A stretch of DNA of 64,000 nucleotides from Auanema rhodensis (taxonomy: Eukaryota; Animalia; Nematoda). The notes beneath the pieces are model-generated. The model made no database searches and was not told the DNA's origin. It saw nothing but the letters and a program-made list of their open reading frames with translations. This document shows positions 1 through 12,235 of the stretch, one piece after another; positions within the stretch are counted from its first letter, which is position 1; each line of letters starts with the position of its first letter. Location: NCBI GenBank assembly GCA_964057225.1, contig OZ059894.1, positions 17,856,001-17,920,000 on the forward strand, in the 5' to 3' direction. Position numbers and translations under genes: made by a program.

Positions 1-544
1 TGTTATGGTCTCTATCAGAGATTTTTACTTATATCTTACATAATTTATTTTATCCTTTCTCACTTTCATTATTATTATTATTATTATATGAAACATATCT
101 ATCATTTTAAAGGGATTCATACTATTTCATATAATATAAACGTTTACATCTGAAATAAAAAAGAAGTTTATATTCGAAATTATATGTTTGTTATTATTGA
201 AATTTATTATAAATATTAATAAAATGAATTATTCTCAATATCTCAATATGATAAATATACAACTTCTTCATTTATAACATACTTATATGATATTGAATAT
301 CATACCATATCTAACTTCAATCACATTTTAGAAAACTATAATTTATATCTTTTGAACTTTTTTTATTTTATCTTACAAATACAAAATATCTTATACTATA
401 ATCTGTATATAATATTACGATTACATTCAAAATCTTTATAATCTCCTACTGTTATCCAAATTATCTTCTTAGACTGTGAAAGAATTTTGACTGCTCTACT
501 AGTTTCTTCATTCAGCTCAACTTAATCCATCCTCTACTATTAAA

Positions 545-548
<4 letters not shown>

Positions 549-615
<67 letters not shown>
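549..615. repeat. Compound microsatellite (CT)n(AT)n
   Basis: Directly visible run of ctctct... followed by atatat... Confidence 0.95.
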
Positions 616-618
<3 letters not shown>

Positions 619-3527
619 TCTTTCTATCTCCCTCTATCTCTCTCCATCTATCTCTATCTGTAGATATTTCTTTTTTTGTTGCCATTTTGACTTATCCCAC
701 TGTATAAATGTAACAAGAACAGTTCAACAACTAGTTAACCAAATATGATTTTCTGACAAAATTTTTTTAAAAAAATCCATACTATTAATCATCCATTTCA
801 GATATAACAACAATAGCATACAACCATATTTTATAAAATTCAGAAATATATTTTGTAAATACAGCTGATCACCATGATTCTGCTGTCGTCCGTCCGATTT
901 ATTTTCATCGTCATCTTTTTTTTTTCAGCACGTTGTCTATATTTCGAATAAAAGAAAGAAATAGCTAAATAGTCAAAAGGAAAGATTCTTTGAATATTGA
1001 CTATAACTTTTATATTTTTTTGTTTTATTTTGAAAATAAAAAAATTATTACGTTGTATGCAGATTTTTCTCATCCATTCTCTTCTTGATAGCTTTTTTCT
1101 TTTTGTTTTCCGATATATTCACAACTTTAATCATTACTAATGATGTAAATATATTCAAAACTTGTTTGAGTTTTCTGTCTTACAGCAATTTTTCCGGAAA
1201 ATATGCTCGAGCAGTTTCAATTGAAGTCATTCAGATCTTTTTTAAAAGTTATATAAACAACCTTTAAGTTGCAACGATTCTCTTTTTTCCTTCTTCATAA
1301 CTTGTTGCATTTTCTTTTCTTATTTTCCTGCTCCAGTATATGTGTGCATATCTACAACTTCATTTTTCGGCTAAATTAAACTTCGAATAATGCTTCCAAG
1401 TTTGCTTGAAATTTCCTCTTTTTCTATAATTCAAAATCATTTTGGTCAATTTCGGAAATTCCTGGTCCAGGAAGCAAATAAACGCTAGATCAAATTTACT
1501 TCTATCATTATTTAAAAATTAATTTAAGGGAAATTAAATAAAATTTATTTTTCAATCACGTATTGCATGCTCATTCAAATTTCTAATTCATGATCATCTA
1601 TCAGTTTGATTGACTTTCTCTCTTATCAGGAAAAGTGAGCAGCTGTGATCCTTTCTTCCTCTCAATATTTCCTTTTCTTCTTTTCTGCTGTAAATTTTTC
1701 AAGGGGTCGTGAAGTGTACATGAAGTTTTGAGCCAAAATATGGTGGTTTTTGATGAAGAAGAGAATCGAGTACTCATCCATCAAAACCACAGAAATTTGA
1801 ACATTTTTCTGCAGACGAATGACAGAGGGGGGTAATTTTCAATAATTTCTTATAAATTTGTTTTCATAAGAAAAAATAATAATAGTTTGCAAAATCATAG
1901 AAATTGGTCACTAAATCGAAGGCGATTTCTCAGATTCTGACTAAACAACAACTGGTTAAATCAGTTTTGCGATCTCTTCTTACCTCATACACTTTCACAT
2001 ACCAATATTTCTTTTTTGCATTTTCTTTTAATTCAACTGATTTTGTTGATTAAAAAATATATTTTTTTCTCTTGATTTGAAATGAAAAAAAAAAGTTTTA
2101 TTCTATTATAATATTTCTGGATAAAGATTTGAAAATATATCTTATAAAGAAATACCATACATTAAAGAAAAACTATATTTATAAATGAGTTATGTTTCAA
2201 AAGGATGTACTCAAAAAAGCTTTCAGAACAAAAAAATTTAATTTTGAAAATAGAAAAAAGCAAAGAAAAGTCAATAAAACCAACTGAATATTGCGATTAT
2301 TTGCTCATATTTTCGATGGATATTATATTTAGTTTTATGGATCAGTCTGAAACACGTGATTTTCAATTTTGTTTCTCATTGAAAGCTTTAGTGATTTTTA
2401 TCAAAATCATTGTGAAATTTCTCTGTATTACATAGTTATAGATAAAAGAATTATAATTAAACTAACTATATATTTCTATTTTAATTATTCATTTAACATA
2501 AATATTTTAGGATAATTGTAATAAGTTATGTATTTTGTTTCAACAACAATCGAAATCAGACATTTTAATTCAGAGATTTTAATCAAAAAATGAAATTTAT
2601 AAATTTGTTTAAGATAATAATGAATTTTTATATATTTTTTCTATTCAAAATTAAATAATTTGTTTATATTATTATAATTAGAAAATTATATATTATATTA
2701 TCAAATAAATAATTTTTATTTTATAATTTATATATATATATATAACATATAATCATAAATATAACTATGAATGTTGTAAGTTTTTTTTTGAAACATTATT
2801 CAAGAGTAGAATGCTGAGAAAGGAAGCAAAACGGAAAATAGAATGTTTTCGGAAAGAAGGTGAGAGGTAGACAAAGAATGACGTCATGCATGCGAAGGAT
2901 TATTGACTCGATTTTGGTCGTTTTCCAAGCAAATCATCAAGCTCTTGTCTAATCTTCATACATTTCTCTCCTTCGTTTCTTTAGCACTGTCTACCTTTCA
3001 TTATATTTATTCTTTCTCTCCCTTCCTAAATCCCTCTCTCTTTCTCTGTCTCTCTCTATGTTCCTCTCTCTTTTTCCCTCTCTTTATTTCTCTGTGTGTG
3101 AACAATTTGATGAACCTTTTGTCCTCATATTTTGTCGATTTTTGGTTTTATCCTTATATGTATGTTTTACTTCTTACGTGTTTCTAAAAAAAAATAAATC
3201 AAAAGTCATAAATCATCTTAATTCTTAACGAAACTTATGTTTCTGTGTTTTTTTTTGCCATATTTCTCATTCACCATCTTTCTTGACAAGGGATTATGTA
3301 AAGTGTAAGCTCGACCTCGTTATCTGATCCATGTCTCAATGTTATTTCTGCATCAGCTGCCAGTAGTTCAATCTTTTGTCTTGATTCCGTTTTCGTCCAA
3401 TTCGTTCACCTGTAGCTACTTCGTCTTCTCCCCTCCCATTCTCTCTCTTTGTTAACTTAGCTTCTGTTTCTTTAACATTTGTAAATTACTCTTTACTAGC
3501 AACAACCATCCTCCCTCAGATTTCAAG

Positions 3528-4281
3528 ATGTCGATGCAGTGGATGAGTATGATGATAGGCAACCACTTCACGTGGTTTTTGGCTTCCGCAGACCAGCTTC
3601 TCTCAGTCATTCGCTTGCTCAAGCTGATCACTGTGTCTCTTTTCTATCGTTATTTTCTAAGTCACCTTAGCTCAGCGTCTTTGCTCTTCATCTGCGTCGT
3701 CTCCCTCTACTTCATTTTCTATGTACTTGGTCGTATGTATGTTATCAGGCTCTTTCTGATTCTTGTTCTTCATCACGTTCATCTTTTTTCCGTTTTCTTT
3801 CTTTTTTCTCATAGAAGAAACCACACAATGTATGCCTAATCGTGAGCAACAGGAAGTTTTGAGGTGAGCGTGGATGAGACGAAGGTGATGCAGATTGAAA
3901 AGGAGGTTGTGTATCAAGAGAATCAGTTTTTCACCACTATGTTTAGATTTTTGCAAAAGAATAACTCTACTTCACAAATAGATCAATGCTCGTTCTTAAA
4001 AATCATCTACAACTAATTTCTAAGTTCTCCGCGCATACTTGGTGAACCATCATCACGTCCGTCAACGTCTTCCATTTGTTTGCCAAGCAGTGTACAATCC
4101 GGTTGCTATATATCACGTCTAAACTCTGCTCCTCGGTTTTTCTTTTTTTCCTACTTTTCCGTCTCATCATCTAATTTCCTTTCCATTCTTCTTTTCATTT
4201 CTTCATCATTCCTCAAGTTATTCAGTCTGCCGTTTATTGAACTGTGAGCCAAGCAGAATGGGTATAGATACTTCATCCAAG
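3528..4281 (+). CDS. Putative spliced exon chain (hydrophobic segment plus Ser/Pro-rich linker), possibly distal 5' exons of the PP1 gene
   Basis: Exons 3528-3732, 3815-3863, 4025-4135 and 4218-4281 join in frame through GT-AG introns: ...SASLLFICVVSLYFIFYVLG-QETTQCMPNREQQEVL-SSPRILGEPSSRPSTSSICLPSSVQSGCYISRLNSAP-RYSVCRLLNCEPSRMGIDTSSK. The chain ends in phase 0. No homology recognised. Confidence 0.35.
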
Positions 4282-6497
4282 GTGTATGTATTTCTGAATG
4301 AACAGAGAGAAATATAAAGAAAAAATCGGAGATCTACTCTTCAGTTTCTTTTCTCGCTGAAGTAGAAGCATGGTTCGATTGCCACGTGACAACGTGTAAG
4401 CTATTCAATCACACCAAGCTCTGCGTGATTTTATGAAAATTCATTGAAATCTCTCCGAAAAAACTTTTAAATGTGTGTAGGAGGGGAGGGGAGAGGTGCT
4501 CTATATCTGTTTCATGGTTTTTATGCTTTTATACATCCAAAATGCGGTGAAATTTTTCAATTATAAAACTTTTCAACTTCAATCCGTTCTGTAATTCTCG
4601 GAAATCGATGACAACATGTCTTTTTTGGCAAAATTATCTCGTAATTTGGCACAATCCACAGTTCTTGCCCAAACAGAAACTGGTTCTACATCTGCTTTCT
4701 ACAATTCGCGCTAACCTTTTCACCTCATACCATTTTTCGAAAAGAATATCATTTCCTCACTAAACTTTTTTTGCAAAAATCATCGACACCACCACCAGCA
4801 TCATCATTATGGTCGTCACAGTCTTCTATGTTTTTTAATCGACGTCATCATCATCATTGTCATCTTCAACACGAAAGAGGTACTATAATAGTTTTGCATT
4901 CTTCTATTCAAAGGTAAGAAAATACAATTGGCAATATGCTTTGATGGTTCTCTCTTTTTACCATTTTCTATTATTATTATCTTTTTTTCACAAAAAAAGG
5001 AAATAATTGAATTTTTGCATAGGAGAAAAAATGTATTTTTATTAGTTTTTTAGATATAAAATATTTTTGTTGTATTACAAAATAATAGAAAAAAATGTAT
5101 ATAAAGACATGAGTATATGCACACGTGCTTGCAAATTTACAACAAGTTGTAACTCTACTTACTTCTCTTTACTCTGAAAATTTGAAATCAATAAAGGTAC
5201 GGCAAGTTGAACCGGAAGAATTCAAGACGAAATTGAGGAAAAGTAACAATAATAATCATAAACTAAGTAGATTACTATGCAACTTATCTGCATTTTCATA
5301 GCTATTTCATTGAGCCAACTGCAGACTATTCACTGCCTTCAAGTGTTTTGTCGTTCTCTTCTTCCTTCAATTATATTGTCTTCTTACCATCATCACTAGT
5401 AATTCACTCATTTTTCCTCATATCTCTCTCTCTCTCTCTCTCTTCCTTTCTCTTCTTGTACCTCTCTTTTCATCCTATTTCTCTCATTTTCTTTGCGTAA
5501 AATCTGGAGGACCACCAACAGCTTTTAGAGTTCCGACGCCGACGATGGCGACCAGGCTGACAAAGAGGTGCTATAGATGACGGCGTCATCGTCATCATCT
5601 AAAGCTTGTATTCATCTCCACCTATTATTTGGTACTGAAAATGAGATCTTTCATGCATTTTCCTTCATGTTTCTTCTATTCTCGATAATACATTTTTGAT
5701 ATTTTTATCCAGCTCAAATATTTTTTTTTTTCAAAAATCAAAGATCATTGCCTATGTTAGTTTTATATATTGTTTTTGAATTAAAGTGATGTGACTTTGT
5801 ATTTGTTGGATATCAGACATGATGACAACCAACAAATCAAGGTTCAAACGAAAAAACGATCAACGACACTATGGTTAACGGAATAGAATGTGGAGTTTGC
5901 GTTAACAATGCCCGACGCGAGAATTGCCACACGTTGCTTCTAAGCTTCTTATATTGTTTGCATCTGAATGACTTGAGCACTACATTGAAGAACGCACCGG
6001 AAAACCGGTGATAGTCTAAGAAAGTGAATTCGTTCATCTTTTTTTCTGCTTAGTCATCTTAATTTCTTTCCGTTTCTCCGCAATTTCACGTTCTTTGCAT
6101 GAACCTTATTCTTCATTGTGAGTTTGAACATGAACCTTTCACCGAACACTGCTCCGTCGTCGGAGTTGAATTCGTCTGTTCAGATTTTAAATTGTATGAA
6201 TCTTTCGAATCTTGAAGTTTAATTTGAATTACTGATTGATATATTGATTTCATTTTATAACTATTATACTAAATATTATATGTTATATCATCATATTTGA
6301 TTAACAACATAAAATATTATATTTTTATGTTAAGCTAGATAAGTTGTCTGTCATGTTTTTTGTTTTTTTTAATCTTTTTCCTTTTTTTGAGAGTTTTTTT
6401 TGTTTTGTTTCTGCCTAATCAAGTACGAAGAAACAATTTATTTTCTTCGTTTTCCTTTTTCTCACTATTTATATTTTAAACTTAAATATATTATTTT

Positions 6498-6535
<38 letters not shown>

Positions 6536-9500
6536 TAAAATTTATAAAATATATATTGAAATATTCTTCTTCATAAAATTATTTAAATCATTACTTTTAC
6601 TTTATTTTTACTTGTTATTTTGTTTTTCTTATTTATTCCTGATATAAAAAAAGATTTTGCAAACATAAAGAACTATAATCTTTTGATATTTACATGAGAT
6701 TTATCATTGTTTCTTTCTTAAAATTTATGGAAATTATATTCTACTTGTTACCTTCACCAATACACCTCTACTACTCCATTGTCTTTTTAAACAAAAAAAA
6801 ATCAAAGCAATACATAAATTCCTTTTAAGGAATTTCCGTTCAATTTTTGATTCTCGTCCTCTTCTCTTTTCTAACTATTTTCATGTTTTCTCTCTTCTAT
6901 GCATGTTTCTTCTATGAGCTTCACATGAAGTTTTTGTTTTTATTTTGCGCCGTGATTTGCAAACTAACATCATTTGTTATGTTTGCTACCAAAACAAAAA
7001 TTCTTATTTCATTTCATAAACATTTAAACGATGTTCTTCCTCTGCCTTTCAACTTAAAATTTCAATCATTCAAAATAGTTTTTTTCTTTTCCTTTTATAG
7101 TTTCTAATAGAAATAAAAAGATAATAAGTTGTCAGTTATATACCAATATAGTACACATATTACTATTACTATTATTACTATAACAACATATATTATTCCT
7201 TAACAAATCATTTTATCGGTTTTTGTCTTCTTATTTTGTTTATTTTCTTTTTCTTTCTTTACTTAATCGTATATAATGGGTATAAGAAGATAAAAAAAGA
7301 AAAGAAAAAGAAAATAGGAAATATCCTATATCCGTAATTACATTACAATTCTCTAATTTTTCATTTTTTTTCTTTCTTTTTATCGTTCATCTAAGGCATT
7401 TTCTCTCAAACTTCTGACTAGAATAACTTATTTCCAGATCTTTATCTATACTTTTACCAGAATTTTTTTGAAATTTTCCATTTTTATACGAAATTCCAAG
7501 CTTTCTTCAAAGGTAAAGTCAAATTATTTGAAATATGAATCAATTAAATTTTTAAAAATTTTATCAGCTATATGAGACTGTTTTCTGATCTTCAAAATCA
7601 TTAAAGTATATTTCTTTTTTTCTTTGAAAATTCATTTCAGCTTTTCCTCGTTCTTATCTTGTTTCCCTCTCGTAGTTTTTCTCACATTTCATTATGCTTA
7701 TATCACCGAAAAAGTTGGCGACGACAAGTGACAATAAACTTTGACTATTTTTAAATTTATTTTATTTATTCACTCATTGTATTTTCTTTATTTTCATTTA
7801 TTATAACTTATGCTTAGAATAATACATAAAATATAAGAGAATAAAGATCTAATTCAAAAAAGACGGAAAAAGAATCTAGGTTGAAGATCTATGTGATGGC
7901 AAGCTTGTCAATCTATCAGAATAATAAATTTGAGAAACATGAAAAACAATCTTATATTCATCTATCTTAATGTCCATAAAGTTCCTTTTTTTCTTGTTTC
8001 AAATCTTTCTATGTTTTTTGTTTTTTTTTCTTATCCTTCTATTCTTTCATCTACTTTGTTGAAGTTCTCTTGTTATCTCCTCTATTTCTCTTATTCTTTC
8101 TCTCTCGTTCATTCTACTCCCGTTCGTTTCAGTTGCTCCCTCTCATACAACATTTTATCTTCGAAAGTCGGGGAGTAGAAGAGGAAGAAGGGGGGGGGTC
8201 TGAGTAGAGTAATAGACGTAAACGTGTTCCACGTGTTTGTCACAACAATGTGTTAAACTTTTACTTTTCTTCTCTCGTTAATCTCTTTTATCTGAACGAA
8301 TTGTTCGATTACTGCTACAGAGCTGCTACCGAGTTGAACAAGCATCAAAGTGTAGATGCTACTAACTATTTCTCATTCTTCAACAATTCTCTTTTCACTT
8401 TTGACAGAAAAGTTTTGACATTTCTTGCTTAATAAGCTAATTCAATGCTGTAAATTTGGGTGCCATTAGAGTTTACCTTTTAACTTGTTATTGAATTTTT
8501 GTCTTTTCACGTTTTGAAATTTCTTTTTTTCTTTTTTTTTGCTAAACTTATAACTCGTTTTTAACTTCTTTCGGCCAGCTTATATATTACGTTTTACAGT
8601 CAGCTTTTAAAAGAAACATTTTTAGTAATCAATTCAATTATTTTTTATATTATAATTTATAATTTATATATTTTTGATTAATGAATGATCTGAATAAATT
8701 GTTATATAATTTTAGATGGATGTTCATTCATTTAAACGTTCATATAAAACTATTTTATTAGTTAATCTAACTCAATTTTTCTTATAATTTCTTTCTTATA
8801 TTATTATATTACATCTATCTAATTTTCTAACTTTACAATTTATATTCTTTATATATATTTCATATATTAATAATGAAATACAAATGATTTTTTTCTTTTT
8901 TTTTACTCGTCTATTTTTAATGAATTTGATGTTTTTCTAATGTTTTTCTCGAATACCCAACTCATTCATCACGCATTGTCATTCGAAAAATCAGAGATAG
9001 TGCTCAGAATGGTCGGCTTAAGCTACATCTGAAGAGATTCCGAGTCGTCATTAATAAAAAATAATTTTACTTCAAAATAGAAGCAAGGATAACGTTATAG
9101 TTATGGCATTGATTCCTTAATCTTAGAAAAAATATGAAAAGCACCTAAAATTGTTCGTTTTGGAAGTTGAAAATATGCTTTGAACACTTGGAAGAGTAGA
9201 GAAAGACAAGAAAGTTGAGACTCAAAAGTAGATGGATTAGCAAAGTACTGACTTCATCAATTATTTAAAAAAAACTTTCTTCAGTTCTTCATTGGTAGTT
9301 GCAAGTTTTTCTCAATTTTCATCTTTCATTTATCCCTAAAACGTAACTTTTCACTTTTTATTTCATATTTCTGAAGTTACTTATCCGTTATAATACTTTG
9401 ATATAAATTTGCAGATATTTTTATTTTCTTCTTCTTCATCTTTTGAAAATACATATTTTTTATTTTTTCCAAGCTTTCTTTTCTAATTGTTTTCATTTTT

Positions 9501-11059
9501 TTTCTCAAAAAGTCACGTTAAGTTTAATATGGTAATTTCCACGCAGTGTTAACTAAGAAGCAATATAATGATTTTCCACTTCAATAGCACTGAGCGGTTG
9601 TATCATCTCTGTTCTCTTTTTTTAAATTTCATCCACCCACCTTTTGATTCTATTTGTTTCATCAATATGATTCGACAAAAAAAACTGAATACATAGTTTT
9701 TGATTTTTAAATGAAGAAAACTCATAATAGACCAAATAGAAATCAGAATAGTTGGCCAGGTGATGAGGTTGTGCATCCAAATGTCAAAAGAATACGAAAG
9801 ACAGCTCACAGCTAGTGAACAAAGATAAAAAATGACGTAAAGCTCAAGACATAACAGAACAAGTGAGATAGATAGAGGCATGCGTCAATCCACAAAATTC
9901 ATAGTATATGCTTCTGCCGGATTTCGAGAAAAAAAAGCAAAATTTCCGCCTACTCAAGATTGAAATTAAAGGACATTTGGAGTTAGTATCCTATGATTGT
10001 AGTAGGCAAAACATAAAAATTATTTTGAATTGAATAAGCTTAAGACAGTAAGAAACTAAAGAGTGTAGTGTCGCAATGCCCTTCTATGGAATAACTGAGT
10101 TTCTCAAATCTTTGATTATTTTGAAAACATAAATCTCTCGAAGGTTATATATACAGCTATTTCTATATATAGATATACATAGATAATATGTACATACATC
10201 TATAACTTTCGGGCTTAGTACTTTATCAGTCCGGCCATCTCAGTTTTACTACCTAACTACATATATCTCTTGTAAAAATTGTCATAATCATCTTCTTCTT
10301 CATGGTCTGCAACACTTCTAGAAACATTTTATTCAATTTATTTTGCTATTCAAAGCAGCTCAAAAAAATCTGATAAGTTTTTTCACCAAATTTTATTTTA
10401 TTCCGTTCTTGTGAATTTTAAAAATAAGATTTTTCTCGCTCAATTCTTTGTATGTCTTTCAATCCATTTGTGTGTTCTCTTCTTCTCGTTCTTCTTCTTC
10501 TTCTTACAGATACACATATGCATTGTTTACGTGTTGTTTAATTCCTGTATGCGTCAGAATATCTTCTAAAACCACCCTCAATTTTCTTCCAAAAGAAATG
10601 TCATCCTCTCATTTTCTTGCCACCCTCTACTCACATCCACAATCACGAAAACAACTCTACCACAAAATGGTCATAAGCAGTCCTAAAGACCTATATATTA
10701 TGCCTTGGGACATAACTTATGTTTTTTTTCAATCGCACTCCGATTGTATCTCCAATTTGTTTTCTTTTATTCTAATTGGGAGGAAAATACGGAAAACATA
10801 CAGAAAGATTGCGAGACAAAAAATCGTTTCTTTTGCAAAAAAAAGTAAATAACATAAAAATTCCAGAGCAAAGGTGAAAGAATGCATACTACATTTTTTT
10901 CTTCGTTATTTTCTTTCCTTCTTCCTTTTTCTCGAGAAAACATTCCTAACGATGGTGAGAAAATAGACGAAAAGTTAAGAGTGAACGATGAATGCAACCG
11001 ATTCGTGCACATTTTAACAAATGAACAGATTATCCTCTTCTTTCATTACATGTAATTTA

Positions 11060-11151
11060 TACGTGAAAATTGGCCCGTGAAGATGTTATACGTGAAGATT
11101 TCTACGTGAAGATGGTATGCGTGGAAATTTGTACGTGAAGATGTGTACGTG
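11060..11151 (+). repeat. Minisatellite of 7 units of 14-15 bp, consensus TACGTGAAGATnnn (HRE-like cluster)
   Basis: Unit starts at 11060, 11074, 11089, 11103, 11118, 11132 and 11146. Five are exact TACGTG, one is TGCGTG and one is CCCGTG. Confidence 0.85.
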
Positions 11152-12235
11152 ACAACTATTTCTAGATCAATTATTTTTTGAAAAATATATAAACAATTCG
11201 ATATATATATGATAATTGACAGCAAACACTGAAATGTGATTACTACTTCACATAAATGGTAAACTATAGGCTTGATGCCAATTTTTTACTCCTGTATTTT
11301 GCGTTTGAATGATCATTGTGCATAGTTCTCGAGACCACTGTTCAGCTGTTCTTATTTTCTTTTCACATCTATTCTCTTCCATAATAGACCAGCTCTTTTT
11401 CTCTTGCACACAGACATTCTCCCAGCAATTTCACGTCTTCGTTGGTTTAATTTCTGAAACATTTTCAATGCCAGTCAATGGCAATGTTGGAGATAAATGC
11501 TTCAAGCAGCGAAGGTAGTAGTAGCTGCTTTTCACTGTGTATGCATCGAAACCAAATGTAAACTCTTGCTCTTATCCATTAGGATGGCTTGTAGTTCAAC
11601 GATTAAGCCATCTCTAGCAATCTCTTTACTCCTTCATGCGAAAGTTTGTCGATCATCACCATCGTCGCTCTCCACAGTCAACAAAGGACAGCCTGTACCG
11701 AACTGCATATACTCTTTGAGTTTAATTTTCTCGTAAATTTCACCTCTCTCTCTCTATCACCTTGTACACGTTCTCTCAATTCAATGTCTACTCTCCACTT
11801 ATTCATTCTCGTGCTCTCTATCATTTTTTTCTCTCATCATACATACCGCTCGTCGCTCTTTACCTCGTGCTGCTGTTCGCTCCGCCCTCATTTGCCTTTC
11901 ATTCTCCTCAACTTCATTCCATTTATGGTTAAATGTATTACATACATTGAACAGGCATGAGTATTTTCCTTAGTTTTCCCTGATTAATTTCTATTTCTTT
12001 CCGATTACTTGCTTTTTTGTTCTTTGTTAAACTAATCATTATGAAATATTGAACACTTATGACGTTTTATCTTTTTTTCTACTATTATTTCTATATTTAC
12101 ATCATATTCTTATTTGTATTCAAACATATTTTTCTATTTTCTTGTTCATTTCTTGTTTATCTTTTTCTTTTCCTTTTTTTCAATTCGCCAAAGTCTATCT
12201 TACATAAAAAATATCATTTTTCTGGATTTCAGAAT

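Noticed and set aside
840-3187. Short Phe/Leu/Ile/Lys-rich ORFs in the ORF track (here and throughout the intergenic and intronic DNA)
   Set aside because: They are translations of AT/CT-rich low-complexity DNA with no motifs or consistent splice context.
5826-6010. IECGVC...NCH reading frame suggestive of a RING/zinc finger
   Set aside because: The remaining Cys/His ligands are not correctly spaced and no supporting exon structure was found.
11060-11151. CRISPR-like interpretation of the short periodic repeats
   Set aside because: The units are 14-15 bp with no unique spacers, the context is eukaryotic, and there are no cas genes.
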